From the IMG/VR virus record IMGVR_UViG_3300025808_000004, positions 1 to 60,558 of that record: a stretch of 60,558 nt of DNA; one strand, 5' to 3'. The DNA is from a virus. Taxonomy: Duplodnaviria > Caudoviricetes. The translations under genes were made by a program, and so were the position numbers. Within the stretch, counting starts at the first letter, position 1. The number at the start of each line of letters is the position of its first letter. The notes below the pieces were generated by a model. It was not told the origin of the DNA. It did no database searches and was given only the letters and a program-made list of their open reading frames with translations. Below are positions 28,227 to 38,562 of this stretch, in pieces.

Positions 28227-28460
28227 ATGATGACTGGACTTATGCCAATCCCGCCCAAAACCCTCGCTCAGCTGGCTGAGCGAGCCAAAAAGCTTGATGG
28301 CTGTGTGCACTTGGAAAACAGCCAAATCTACGAATTTCCAATCAGCACCAACATAGTGGCCGTGGTCATCAACCCCGGCAGTCCATCCGGACATCAAGGC
28401 AAGGACGTTCGTCGCAATGCTGAGCTTCGCCAAATCCTAGCTGAAGGAACCCAAAAATGA
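28227..28460 (+). CDS. hypothetical protein
   Basis: GGAGG RBS before ATG 28227; ATGA overlap with the next gene. Confidence 0.55.
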   Translation: MMTGLMPIPPKTLAQLAERAKKLDGCVHLENSQIYEFPISTNIVAVVINPGSPSGHQGKDVRRNAELRQILAEGTQK

Positions 28461-28780
28461 CCCTTTCTGAACTGATCGAATACCTGTCCATGCTGGCTGA
28501 AGACCATGATCACGACGAAGTTGAAGTGATGCTGGCCAATCAGCCCCATTGGCCCTTCGAACTCTCCATTGGCCAGCCCGTGCTGCACGACCCACTCAGG
28601 GAGTGGGAAGAAGAGTATGGCACTGAACCACCCGCTGATTACCCCGAGGAGGACAAAGCGACATGGCTGGCCGACCGGGCTATCGCTGAAATGAAACCCA
28701 AGACCATCTTCATCCCTGAAGGTGAACACCAGGAATACCTGCGCGATGGCGTGGCAAGGCTTTTGGACTGGAGACGGTGA
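28457..28780 (+). CDS. conserved hypothetical acidic phage protein
   Basis: MT..ELIE.L...EV.LA.QP.WPFE.SI...EG...YL pattern. Confidence 0.7.
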   Translation: MTLSELIEYLSMLAEDHDHDEVEVMLANQPHWPFELSIGQPVLHDPLREWEEEYGTEPPADYPEEDKATWLADRAIAEMKPKTIFIPEGEHQEYLRDGVARLLDWRR

Positions 28781-28967
28781 TAACCATACGGTTCAACCTG
28801 CCTATGATGATCCGCGTCTACCGGTGGTGCCGTAAATGCCATTCACCGCGCATACAGGCCATTAAACTGGCTTGGGGCTTCCAAAACTGGGGCTGAGCCT
28901 TCTCTTTGCTTTCCAGTCAGGTTCTAACCCGGTAGACGTTCACTAGAAGCGCTGAATAGACTACTAG

Positions 28968-28996
28968 TTCGCATTGCTTACACAATGCGATATTCT
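28968..28996 (+). promoter_or_regulatory. promoter with an overlapping inverted repeat
   Basis: TTCGCA-17-TATTCT; TCGCATTG-N6-CAATGCGA. Confidence 0.55.
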
Positions 28997-29049
28997 ATTC
29001 ATATCAACTATATGGAATACAATTCCATATATACCTAGGAGATGATCAG

Positions 29050-29511
29050 ATGATCTATCTACCCCATGTGTGGGTATATGCAGGCGCAACCTGCGAAGAC
29101 GTGTATGCCCAACTTGATGGGAAGATTGACGATAACGTCAACTTGGAATGCATGTCCTTGCCCCAGCTTGCCTTCGTGGCCCCGGCCTATTCTAACGATC
29201 TGGTCCAAAAGCTGGCCATGGACATGTGGCTCGAAATTCAGGGCGACTACGAAAAGTCCTTCGAGCGGGGCATATCATTCCATGAGCTGACTGCAACCAT
29301 GTCTGCTCAAGTGCTTGAGACCTCTTGTCCTGGACAATGCTCCAATGGGTACAGCGGCGAGATGCCTGTGCTGGAAGTTACAACCTGGCGCTACTACCTC
29401 ATGCACTCAATTGAACCGCTGATGCAAGTGGTTGTCCAGAAACGCCCTCTTTGGCATCCAAGCTTATCAGACGCGTCTGGTATGTTTTCGGTTGTGCCGC
29501 CTGAGACATAG
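29050..29511 (+). CDS. hypothetical protein
   Basis: AGGAG RBS after the promoter. Confidence 0.6.
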   Translation: MIYLPHVWVYAGATCEDVYAQLDGKIDDNVNLECMSLPQLAFVAPAYSNDLVQKLAMDMWLEIQGDYEKSFERGISFHELTATMSAQVLETSCPGQCSNGYSGEMPVLEVTTWRYYLMHSIEPLMQVVVQKRPLWHPSLSDASGMFSVVPPET

Positions 29512-29780
29512 TAACCGAGCCCTGCCGAAGCCACGTCGACCGAGTGTGTGGCCCTGGGGAGATATAGAAACTGTCTTACGTAGCTTCAACCGTGTATGTT
29601 CGGAGTAACACATGGCCAAAATCATGACCTTGCTTATAGTTGGGTTCTTTATCCTATTGATTGTCAATGGGGCCCGACTGACATTCTTTCCAGCCACTGC
29701 ATGCGGCCTAGCCCGAAAGAACCAAATAATACCTCTATCGCAATCCGTGATAGAGTTTCACCGTGAACAGCGAGAACGCA

Positions 29781-30062
29781 ATGCCATGCAAACCCAGTCG
29801 GAATAAACGGTTCATCGATCAAGCGCGATCCGCTTACATGGGCAATCCCAAATGGATTGCTCGTTATATGGATCGGTATGACGAAGAGCATGTGGTGATT
29901 AAAATGGTCACCCATCGTGGTCAAGTCTACCATCTTGACTGGATCGGCGCTGAGCGTGCCAAGCATCCGGATGAATTTGGACCGGATGCACCGTTCCCCA
30001 ACCTCAATTGGTCTTACATAGCCGACCTGGCTGTGTATGTGCCTGATACCAAGGAGACCTGA
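29781..30062 (+). CDS. hypothetical protein
   Basis: ORF abutting the DUF2786 gene. Confidence 0.5.
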   Translation: MPCKPSRNKRFIDQARSAYMGNPKWIARYMDRYDEEHVVIKMVTHRGQVYHLDWIGAERAKHPDEFGPDAPFPNLNWSYIADLAVYVPDTKET

Positions 30063-30063
30063 C

Positions 30064-30789
30064 ATGACCCGGAATGAAGACGACCTGAAGCGGGTTATCG
30101 CCGCTCTGCTGGAAACCGAAGGGCGTTCTGAAGACGAAGTGCGCACCTTCCAGGCGAAAGCTGCCAAGTTGATGCACAAGCTCGGCCTTACCCACGAGGA
30201 CATCTTCGCGGAGAAACCTGACATGCACACAGCGGAAATGCAGATCACCCGCTTTGACTGGATCGTAGCCCAATACATCGGCTTTGGCATCTCACGCCTG
30301 ACCGGAACGCAGGAGTGGTATACGATCCTGCCTACGCCAACGGGAAAGCGCTCCGATCGGAAGATGTTCCACTTCGCGGGTTACCGGAGCGACGTCGACC
30401 AGGCAATCTGGCTCTTCAAGCACCTGATCGAAGCCTCTCAGAACGGGGCCCGGGGTATTTCGGTGACATCGGAACGGAACTCCTATCTGGTCGGGTTTGC
30501 CGCAACTGTCTATCGGCGCCTGATGGAACTGGCTACTGCTCTCGAAGGGGTGCAGAAAGCTTGTGAACCCGGGGGTTCGCATGGCAACGACAACGCCCTG
30601 ATGCTCGCCAAGAAGGAAGACACCGTGAATGCCTTCATCCAAAAGATCGTCCCCGGTCTCCGTGACGGACAAGGCAAAGGCACTACGGTGAAGGATTTCA
30701 ATGCGATGATCACGGGTCAGCGCGACGGGAAGTCGGTATCCTTGGGCCGTGGCGTGGCGCAAGGTGTGAAGGCTCTCACCTCTCACTGA
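30064..30789 (+). CDS. DUF2786-like protein
   Basis: AAGGAG RBS; N-terminal IAALL...EDE..TF.AKAAKLM.K.GL, F.GY.SDV..A, SYL.GFA..V..RL. Confidence 0.7.
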   Translation: MTRNEDDLKRVIAALLETEGRSEDEVRTFQAKAAKLMHKLGLTHEDIFAEKPDMHTAEMQITRFDWIVAQYIGFGISRLTGTQEWYTILPTPTGKRSDRKMFHFAGYRSDVDQAIWLFKHLIEASQNGARGISVTSERNSYLVGFAATVYRRLMELATALEGVQKACEPGGSHGNDNALMLAKKEDTVNAFIQKIVPGLRDGQGKGTTVKDFNAMITGQRDGKSVSLGRGVAQGVKALTSH

Positions 30790-31550
30790 GTTCACCAGAC
30801 CCACGGGTTCGGTGTAAACGGGCGACTTGGGAATAACGACCAAGGAATACAGTCCCAAGCCTGGGTCGCCCACTTACAGCACATCAACTATTAGCGGCGT
30901 AGTCAAAATCGTCGCACAGTCAACCGGGTAGTCGAACAAAAAGCGTTTGTTTTCAGTATATTAGAGAGTGTTTTGACTATTGACTACGACTTTTAATGAA
31001 AAATAATACAAGACCTATACAAATACATAAACTAAAACATTTAATGTATATGTTTTTAATTCGTTTGTATATTCGTGTAGAGTCTGAAATAACTTTTACG
31101 AATACGTCGCAGTCAAAGTCGTTTTGGCTAAAAAAGGTCCCAATTGCACTTTGATAACAAGCACTTACAAATTCGACTACGACCGACAGCCGCCGACAGC
31201 CTAGTGGCTCAGAGGAAACCCAACCCTCCCTAAAACGCCTATCCCGTGTCTCCCCTCAGTGCCCTATTCTGCTCAGTGTCAATAAGCCTACAGTTTGTCA
31301 CCGCTAAGACGCGCAACAGGGGCGGGAGCCAGAACATCGAGGGGCTCTGCCTATAGTGCCACAATCCATCTAGCCGTCTGACTGCCTACCCGCTCACCTG
31401 CTCACCTGCTCACCTGCTCACCTGCTCACCTGCTCACCTGCTCACCTGCTCACCTGCTCACCTGCTCAGCCGGCCTATAATCCGTCCGTCTCTCAGGTCC
31501 CAAACAATTATTTTGGTCGGCATACACATGGACATACTAACGAATACCGG
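30790..31550. other. candidate replication origin (largest non-coding region)
   Basis: AT-rich core at ~30950-31140 flanked by inverted GTAGTC/GACTAC-type repeats, followed by an 8-bp tandem array. Confidence 0.55.
31392..31468. repeat. 8-bp tandem repeat (GCTCACCT)x9 plus a partial copy
   Basis: Directly visible perfect array. Confidence 0.95.
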
Positions 31551-31612
31551 CTTACAAGCACATACATACACTGCAAAATAACTCATAGTCACAAGCGAAG
31601 GAACCAACAACC

Positions 31613-32017
31613 ATGCTTCTTAACAAACCACAGATCGGGGCCTCTTTCAGGCCCGAGTCCAAGGCCACGACGCCACACCTCCAAGCGATCAGGGTCGCAT
31701 TGACCTCGGCTCCAGGGGAGCCCGGGCAGTGGACTCTCGTTTGGTATATACGCCCAAAGACTGACCGGCCCGGTGCCAAAGGATCCGGGCACCGGCAATA
31801 CGGCGGACGGAAATGGTATTCCGACCAAGACGATGCCATCGAGCAGGTTCAGGTTCTCATTGCCTCCAGGGCTGCTTTGAAGGGTTGTGTCTTGGAGGTC
31901 GAAGACGAAGGTTATTATGACGAGAACAATGACTGGGTTGTTCCGGTCCGTCAACTGGCTCAACAGGACGACGCTCAACAGACCAGTCAGTTGCAAAACG
32001 GTGATCCACTGGAATAA
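31613..32017 (+). CDS. hypothetical protein, ends DPLE
   Basis: AAGGA RBS; 134 aa. Confidence 0.6.
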   Translation: MLLNKPQIGASFRPESKATTPHLQAIRVALTSAPGEPGQWTLVWYIRPKTDRPGAKGSGHRQYGGRKWYSDQDDAIEQVQVLIASRAALKGCVLEVEDEGYYDENNDWVVPVRQLAQQDDAQQTSQLQNGDPLE

Positions 32018-32032
32018 GTAACAATCCACTGG

Positions 32033-32061
32033 TTTACACTTCCTCTTTAACAGTGTATTCT
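32033..32061 (+). promoter_or_regulatory. sigma70-type promoter
   Basis: TTTACA-17-TATTCT; spacer shares TTTAACAGT with the 26739 promoter. Confidence 0.7.
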
Positions 32062-32089
32062 ATCTACAGTAACCACGGAGAAACGCGCC

Positions 32090-32458
32090 ATGTTCACCAC
32101 CGACCTGACCACGCCCTTCACAACGGCAGAACTGCAAGCCCTCCAATCACTCCTGCAAAACGAAACCACATGGGACCGGGACGCTGATACTGGCGGGTTC
32201 AACGCCTACTACAGCGCCACAAATCCTGAGCGGGTGCTCATACCGATCCACGAGGAAGAGGAGTGGAAGCTGCTCAACTCAGCCATGCTCCGCATTGACA
32301 TCGAGCTGGAGCGGCGGCAACAACAGCGGCAGGAGAGGTTTGACTACTTGTCCTCTGCAGCACCAGAAGCGCCAGAAGTGCCACTTGATGTTCGGTCACA
32401 GCAAAGCGAGATTGACCATCAGGTCGATTTCCAATACCACCGGATCGGAAGAGATTGA
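32090..32458 (+). CDS. hypothetical protein
   Basis: GGAG RBS after the promoter. Confidence 0.6.
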   Translation: MFTTDLTTPFTTAELQALQSLLQNETTWDRDADTGGFNAYYSATNPERVLIPIHEEEEWKLLNSAMLRIDIELERRQQQRQERFDYLSSAAPEAPEVPLDVRSQQSEIDHQVDFQYHRIGRD

Positions 32459-32667
32459 TATGCAAGTGCCTGTTGTTTTCATGGATAGCCAGAACGACTT
32501 CAAGCTTCGGATGCAAAGCCTCTGAAAAGAAGAGGCCCTGGGCTTATTCCCGCAAAGCGGTCATATACCACAGGGCCTCAGAACCAGGGCCTCAGAACCA
32601 GGGAAACAACAATGGGTTTGCGGACTCACGGGGCCCGGGTATTTTCTTACAGGACAAGTCCTGTATG

Positions 32668-35049
32668 TCAAGCTAACGGATCGGCGTCTCGTTTTAGCAG
32701 GTCTCCAACGGTCTCAGCCTGACCTACCTTAGCTTTCTGTGTCTTCTTCATAGAACCACGGTTCTGTGGACCTCGGTGCCGATCAGGTAAGTGCACAACC
32801 GCTGCCGATGTGTCGTTTACAGCATCGGCCACATGATCCTCCTCAAAGTCTGACCCGAGAGCAGCCTCTTCAGCGGCAACCATAGCCGCGGCACTCATCT
32901 CACGGTTATAGATCAAGGCTCGGAACTTGGGCTCACGAACCTCTTCACGTGCCCTTAGAGCTTGAAGCGCAGCAAGCCCGTTCTTGTAGTCCTTCTCAGG
33001 TCCGCCTAGGGCCCATAGAACCACCCTACCTTTATTGGTATGGCACTGGTTCTTGGTATTATAGGCTGGAACTGAGTTGTTCAGGAACTTGCGAGCATGC
33101 CCTCTCATATTTCGTGTCTGCAGTTTCTCCGGCAGGGCATCAACCAAGTCTTGCTCAGAGACATAATGGCCATGGAACGGAGGCAACTGGCTCATATAGA
33201 GATGCATCCACTTTGCGTCATGGTCAGTCCGTGATGCCTCCCTCATCTCGTTCTTCGAGTCACTGGTCGGTGCTCGGCCTTTACCGTTGAACCTCCCAAT
33301 GTCTCGTTCCAGCAGCCAGGCCCAGATTGCGGCATCCCCGCCTTCCTTCTCAGCCCAGTTGAATAGTCTCTGGTAATAGGCCTCGCCTTTAGGGAAAGCA
33401 TCTGAGATGATAATCATATACCGTCGGTCATCGTCCTCAACAGGCAAGGCGTCGTCATGGTTGGTGAAAGCCACAATCACAGCATTGTTGGTGATCTTTT
33501 GAGCGGGCTGATATTTTTCATTGATCTCAATTAACGGGTCTGTAATCATTGGCTTGAGGTGGTTCATCAAGTCAACACGACCCTTTGCCATAAGCTCCTC
33601 AATCACGACTAGTTTGACATTTCGTGCCCAACCGTTGAACTGCGATTGGACAGAGGCGTTCATCGGTCGACCGGTATTGTGTGGCCCAAAAATGCGCTCC
33701 AAGACCTGGCCAATGAATGATTTACCCGTACCTTGCTTGCCTTTAATGACCATAGCGAAGTTGGGCTTTTGTGCCGGGTTCTGAACACACCATGCTATAT
33801 AGTCAAGCACAAGCTTGCGCTCGTGCTTGCTCTCGAACATATATTCCATGTGCTCTTCAAAGATCGTTACGTCACCTTTTACAGGCTTCAGGTCACTGGG
33901 CCGCCAAGTATTGTAAATGTCTCCACAGAACTCAGGCTGCTCAGGCAGGAAATCCATTTTGTCGAACTTCCGCATGGATCGCTTTGCCGCGAAGATTTCA
34001 GTGGAGATACTTCCGTTCTTCTCCAGCATGTAGTTGAACATGCTATCGAAGGACTTGGTATCAAACATCATCCCGTCGCGGCGCCGATGGAACATCTTCG
34101 CCTGGGCAATCCATACCCATTCGTCCATGATACCAGAGTAGCGCGCCTCTTGTTCACCTTGGATGGAGGCTGGGCCATATTCCCCAGCGTCATCTGGCAT
34201 ATCAGGGTCACCAAAGTCGTGCTCAGGGGTATCACCACCAGGTGGCACCACCGAGGCATAATTGAAGGCGTTCTCAACTAGTTTGGCAAGTTCCTCTGTC
34301 GACCAAGGTGGCTGGCATCGGTCATTCCAATGCTCGAGCATCAGCTCATGGGTTTTCTCCTGAGAGATGCCCCGCTCACGAAGCACACAAGCCAGATTGA
34401 AGGTGAGGCGGTTACCACCGCTCCCTTCAATGGCTATTTTCGCGTCATGCTTGAGGTGTAAAACAGCCCATTTGATGTATTGCGGCTGGTCCTGGTCGAC
34501 GACCGCCGCCTGTTGGTGCTCACGATCTTCACGGCGACCTGTAAGATGGCCAAGCCACTCAGGAAGTTTCGCAACAGGGATTTGGCTGCTTTCTTCCCAG
34601 CTATACTTGCCTACATCTGTTTGAGACCCAGGCGCCAAAACATATCCGCCAGCACCGCCAGTAGCACGAGTATCAATGCCCGGCCCAATTTGCTCGACAG
34701 TAGTTCGGGCTTGACCCACAAAATACAAATGGCGCCCACCAGAAGGTGTGACAGCAGAAAGGGTAGCGGGAAGTTGGCCATAGTCAAGCTCCAATGCGTC
34801 GAGTATGGCTTGGCCATTCTTGCCCTTCTTTATGTCCACATCGACGACACAAAGACCAGACGGCCTGCATGCCAGCCCAATATTATCTTCAGGCCAGGCT
34901 TTCCACCACCCCTTGATAACCTTTTCGTCAGTGGTGGCAGCTGTGCCCCACTTTACCCTTGGTTTGTTCGTGGTTCCCTTAGAGATAGGAAATACATGCC
35001 AGCCACGGCTAGCATAAGACAAAGCGAGGGAAACCTTGGATTGACCCAT
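32668..35049 (-). CDS. bifunctional primase-polymerase / SF3 (DUF5906-type) helicase
   Basis: Prim-Pol motifs GWHVFP, NIGLAC, VVDVD, TPSGGRHLYF, GYVLAPGS; PriCT-like WNDRC.PPW; Walker A GKQGTGKS, EEL, DDRRY; ends DPLA. Confidence 0.9.
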   Translation of the reverse strand: MGQSKVSLALSYASRGWHVFPISKGTTNKPRVKWGTAATTDEKVIKGWWKAWPEDNIGLACRPSGLCVVDVDIKKGKNGQAILDALELDYGQLPATLSAVTPSGGRHLYFVGQARTTVEQIGPGIDTRATGGAGGYVLAPGSQTDVGKYSWEESSQIPVAKLPEWLGHLTGRREDREHQQAAVVDQDQPQYIKWAVLHLKHDAKIAIEGSGGNRLTFNLACVLRERGISQEKTHELMLEHWNDRCQPPWSTEELAKLVENAFNYASVVPPGGDTPEHDFGDPDMPDDAGEYGPASIQGEQEARYSGIMDEWVWIAQAKMFHRRRDGMMFDTKSFDSMFNYMLEKNGSISTEIFAAKRSMRKFDKMDFLPEQPEFCGDIYNTWRPSDLKPVKGDVTIFEEHMEYMFESKHERKLVLDYIAWCVQNPAQKPNFAMVIKGKQGTGKSFIGQVLERIFGPHNTGRPMNASVQSQFNGWARNVKLVVIEELMAKGRVDLMNHLKPMITDPLIEINEKYQPAQKITNNAVIVAFTNHDDALPVEDDDRRYMIIISDAFPKGEAYYQRLFNWAEKEGGDAAIWAWLLERDIGRFNGKGRAPTSDSKNEMREASRTDHDAKWMHLYMSQLPPFHGHYVSEQDLVDALPEKLQTRNMRGHARKFLNNSVPAYNTKNQCHTNKGRVVLWALGGPEKDYKNGLAALQALRAREEVREPKFRALIYNREMSAAAMVAAEEAALGSDFEEDHVADAVNDTSAAVVHLPDRHRGPQNRGSMKKTQKAKVGQAETVGDLLKRDADPLA

Positions 35050-35281
35050 TGTTTTCTTCCATGATCCGCTTGACCAGAATACTACAAGGAAATTTTGCAG
35101 GAAACCATTTTAATTCAAGGACTTATCAATGCCGGCCCTCGTCACCCCAAATACAACACACGTGCGCTCGTAAGGAGCAATGGCACCCCGGGGCTACTTT
35201 GGTGGTTTCTTCTACGTCTTAAGCAGTCTACAGTCAATAACGTGATGAGATGAATGTCAGCAACCATGAGGAGCCTAAGTT

Positions 35282-35860
35282 ATGACGAAAACTATTGACG
35301 AGCAGCTGGAGCGGCTCGCCTCAGCCCAGGAGCGAACAGCAACGACGCTTGAGGGCATTCTTGAAGCGGTTGTGAACTTCAAGTTCGAACAAATCGGGAG
35401 CATCGCCATTGCTGGCGTTCAATTGCCGGGGAGCGCCAATGCCGAAGCCGACAACGGACTTGCCACCGAAGAAGCCACGGTCGAAGAAGCACAGGTTGAG
35501 ATCGTCGAAGAAGCAGAAACTGAAGAACAGCAACCTGAGTCCGAACCCGAGCCCGAACCCGAGTCCGATGTGGAAGATGAACTGAGCGGCGAGGCGGAAG
35601 CTGAAGCAAGTGATGCACCTGACGATGAAGGGGACCCCCTCGGTGATGGTGACGCGGCTGTCGATGAGCCAGTCCTTCCTATCAAGCTTACCAACGACAC
35701 ACTCCGGGGGTTCGCACGGGACTTGATGGAAAAGGAGGGCAAAGCTGCTGTGTTCGAAGTGCTGGCGGAAGTTGGCAAGGGCTACAAGGCTGTGGGCGAA
35801 GTGCCGAAGGACGACTTGAAGGAAGCCCATCTGAAGATGGCAGCACGCCTGAAGGGCTGA
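35282..35860 (+). CDS. acidic replication-module protein (type usually found with DUF2800/DUF2815)
   Basis: GAGGAG RBS; helical N-terminus, very acidic linker, C-terminal LT...LR......GK.AV..VL...G...V.EVP domain. Confidence 0.65.
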   Translation: MTKTIDEQLERLASAQERTATTLEGILEAVVNFKFEQIGSIAIAGVQLPGSANAEADNGLATEEATVEEAQVEIVEEAETEEQQPESEPEPEPESDVEDELSGEAEAEASDAPDDEGDPLGDGDAAVDEPVLPIKLTNDTLRGFARDLMEKEGKAAVFEVLAEVGKGYKAVGEVPKDDLKEAHLKMAARLKG

Positions 35861-35883
35861 CCGATCGGCGCCGGCTGGCTGAA

Positions 35884-36120
35884 TTGAAGGCACGGGCCCA
35901 TATATCCTTCGACCGGCTTTGGAAAGAGGAGCTCATGACACGGAGTGAAGCCTATCATTGGCTTTCCCATGTCATGGGTGTTCCTGAAGAACAAACGCAC
36001 ATGACTGTCATGATGTCTAAAGGGCAGTTGAACAAAGTAATTGCCATCTGTGATGGTCTCATGGGAAGAACCGAGGTGGATGATGACTTTGTGTCGCCTC
36101 CGCCAGAGATACCGAGGTAA
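35884..36120 (+). CDS. DUF3268-like C-terminal domain protein (zinc finger absent)
   Basis: RAH.SFD.LWK....RSEAY.WL..VMG....H pattern; start uncertain. Confidence 0.5.
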   Translation: MKARAHISFDRLWKEELMTRSEAYHWLSHVMGVPEEQTHMTVMMSKGQLNKVIAICDGLMGRTEVDDDFVSPPPEIPR

Positions 36121-36381
36121 CCTATGTTTTGGCTTTTCTTTCTCCTATTCCGGTGGCCACGACCTCCTCCCTGTGTGCTGACCGGGACGCCTGCCAGGGC
36201 CATGATGCCCTCTGTACCCTGGCAGGTATTGACGTGGGCTAACCCAACGCCGTTGCTGGTACCGCTGCGATGTCTGGCCGCAGTATGGGCCATGGTGAAG
36301 CCCACACCAATTTGTTATAGGCCGGGAGGCGTTGCCCACGTAGTCTCTCGGCCACTTGGTCACTTTCATACAGGAGCCTTC

Positions 36382-36621
36382 ATGCAACGAGTTCAAGTTG
36401 ATACTGCCACCATTGACCAGGATCAAGCTGCTATACTCGTGGTCCATCATCTGGCAATGGCCGCAGCCCTATTTCAAGCTCTGCCTGAGGGCAACGAAGC
36501 CGAAACCATGAGCGCTGCTCTTGATGCCCAGTTTCAAGGGTTCGAGCTGGAGCGTCGTGCTGCGGCTTGTTTCGTGGCTTCCATTGTGGACAGCTATGAA
36601 AAGCTCAAAGACGAGGACTGA
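36382..36621 (+). CDS. hypothetical protein
   Basis: AGGAG RBS before ATG 36382. Confidence 0.6.
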   Translation: MQRVQVDTATIDQDQAAILVVHHLAMAAALFQALPEGNEAETMSAALDAQFQGFELERRAAACFVASIVDSYEKLKDED

Positions 36622-36624
36622 CTC

Positions 36625-36882
36625 GTGGTCGACCAGAAGTTTCCTTTCACAGTCTCCTATGGGCTGAGTTGTATTTTCCGCGTTCGGTGCATCAATATTG
36701 GCACCTACCACGTGGAGCAGAAAATTACCCAGGGCACTGAAACTGAACCACCTAAATGGCAGTGCCTTGCCATCAGTCAGCATTTTGATCCCAGCGAAGC
36801 TTTGGGGGTTATGCACGAAGCTCAAATGGTGTATGCTGTTGAGGTGCGAGCCAAACGCGACATGATGAGAAGGATGGCGTAA
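36625..36882 (+). CDS. hypothetical protein
   Basis: GAGGA RBS; stop overlaps the next start. Confidence 0.5.
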   Translation: MVDQKFPFTVSYGLSCIFRVRCINIGTYHVEQKITQGTETEPPKWQCLAISQHFDPSEALGVMHEAQMVYAVEVRAKRDMMRRMA

Positions 36883-37208
36883 TGCAAGATCATTTCAATG
36901 GCCTGACCCCCGCGGAAGCAGAACGCCTTGCTATGCTCGCAGAAGAAGCTGCCAAAGTCGTTCAGGTCGTGGGTAAAATCCTGCGGCACGGCTATTCCGG
37001 CTATCATCCTGATCGGCCGCACATCTCCAACCGCGGGCTTTTGATGAATGAACTGGCAGACCTGAAAGCGGTCCAGTTCCTGATGGAAGGCTCCGGCGAT
37101 ATTTTCTGTATGAGCGACAAAATCGAACACGCCCTGGCCGAACACGCCCTGGTGCGGAAGCTCACCTACACCCATCACCAAGGAGACTGCAATGTCAAAG
37201 TCCTATAA
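36882..37208 (+). CDS. MazG-like nucleotide pyrophosphohydrolase
   Basis: ERLAMLAEEAA.VVQ.VGKILRHG...NELADL (EE..E..D metal motif). Confidence 0.65.
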   Translation: MQDHFNGLTPAEAERLAMLAEEAAKVVQVVGKILRHGYSGYHPDRPHISNRGLLMNELADLKAVQFLMEGSGDIFCMSDKIEHALAEHALVRKLTYTHHQGDCNVKVL

Positions 37209-37677
37209 GCCCGTCGAGTGCAAGGCAGGCTTGGCGTCATGTATCTCAGACGCCTATGCTGAAATCGCGTCACTGGCCGAAGAGATGTCAGAAGCCTATG
37301 ACAACATGATCGGCGGGGGTATGACCGACGGACACCCCAAGGTTGCACTGGTTTCTGAAGCCAAGGACACACTGGAGGGCAAGGACGAGCCTGAGGTGCC
37401 AGACGTCCTTGACGGGATCGGGGTAATTTGGTCCGAACAAATTCCAAAGGATAAGCGCCACAAGATCGCACGGTGGGCACGTCTGGCCAATGCCTGTGCC
37501 GCTCTCGGCGCCGCTGCTGAAGCAGTACGTGTGGTATCTTCCGACAACGGCATGGAAGGACCTGACGCTGCCAGCTATGTCGAGCAGTTTGAAGAAGCCC
37601 AAGAAGAACTTGCTGGCACTCTCGAAGAGGTCGTTGGCGAAGTTGAGGGTGTCGAGTTTCCGACAATGTTCGGGTGA
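37192..37677 (+). CDS. hypothetical acidic helical protein
   Basis: AAGGAG RBS; ends VEFPTMFG. Confidence 0.7.
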   Translation: MSKSYKPVECKAGLASCISDAYAEIASLAEEMSEAYDNMIGGGMTDGHPKVALVSEAKDTLEGKDEPEVPDVLDGIGVIWSEQIPKDKRHKIARWARLANACAALGAAAEAVRVVSSDNGMEGPDAASYVEQFEEAQEELAGTLEEVVGEVEGVEFPTMFG

Positions 37678-37681
37678 CACC

Positions 37682-38560
37682 ATGACATTTAAGCCCCTGC
37701 TCGCCTATACCGTGAAAGATGCAGAAATTCTCCATTACCCAGTGCTTGTGTCACCGAAACTGGATGGCATTCGTTGTGTGATCTACAACGACCAACCAGT
37801 CTCCCGGACACTTAAGTCCATACCCAACCAGTTCATCCAGGCCAAGCTGGGGTTCTATCCACCTTTCGACGGGGAACTTATGGTCGGCGATCCGCTGGAC
37901 CCTGCTGCATTCAACAAGTCCACGTCTGGGATTATGTCTCATGACGGTGAGCCAGCATTCACGTATTGGGTCTTTGACTGGATTGACCCGTCTCATACCA
38001 ATTGGCCCTTTGAAAAACGCCTTCGAATGGCTGAGAGTGTAATAAAAACCAATAAATGGCCCTGGGTCAGACTAGTCCCGCACACCCAAGCGGACAACGC
38101 AGAAGAACTCCTTCGCCTTGAAGCCTACTATGTCGGGCTCGGCTACGAGGGGGTTATGGTTCGCGCACCATGGGGAACCTACAAATATGGGCGTTCCACC
38201 GAAAGCCAAGGGCTCCTCGGTAAAGTAAAGCGGTTTGAAGACACTGAGGGCGAAATCGTTGGGTTTGAGGAACTCATGCACAACGAGAACGAGGCAGCCA
38301 TCAACAACCTGGGTTACCAGGAGCGGTCGACAGCACAAGCAGGCCAAGTTCCTGGCAATACACTTGGAGCACTACGGGTCAGCCATCCAGACTTTGAAGA
38401 GACATTCGGGATTGGTACGGGCTTTACGGCGGATGAAAGGTTTACACTGTGGCAAATTCGCGACACACTGACCGGACAGAACGTAAAGTTCAAACACCAG
38501 CCGGCGGGTGCAAAAGACAGGCCACGGTTCCCAAGCTATCTGGGCCTTCGAAAGGATTGA
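37682..38560 (+). CDS. ATP-dependent DNA ligase
   Basis: SPKLDGIR (motif I), FDGEL, VFD, YEGVMVR, YKYGRS, KVKRF, GTGF, PRFP; start at ATG 37682. Confidence 0.93.
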   Translation: MTFKPLLAYTVKDAEILHYPVLVSPKLDGIRCVIYNDQPVSRTLKSIPNQFIQAKLGFYPPFDGELMVGDPLDPAAFNKSTSGIMSHDGEPAFTYWVFDWIDPSHTNWPFEKRLRMAESVIKTNKWPWVRLVPHTQADNAEELLRLEAYYVGLGYEGVMVRAPWGTYKYGRSTESQGLLGKVKRFEDTEGEIVGFEELMHNENEAAINNLGYQERSTAQAGQVPGNTLGALRVSHPDFEETFGIGTGFTADERFTLWQIRDTLTGQNVKFKHQPAGAKDRPRFPSYLGLRKD

Positions 38561-38562
38561 AT

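Noticed and set aside
31041-31060. CtrA box (TTAA-N7-TTAA)
   Set aside because: The TTAA pair here is 11 nt apart, and I did not notice a correctly spaced site at the promoters I examined
32571-32603. 14-bp duplication CAGGGCCTCAGAAC and other short duplications (15 bp at ~37125, 12 bp at 25983) as att sites or target-site duplications
   Set aside because: They are tandem with no element between them, which fits replication slippage
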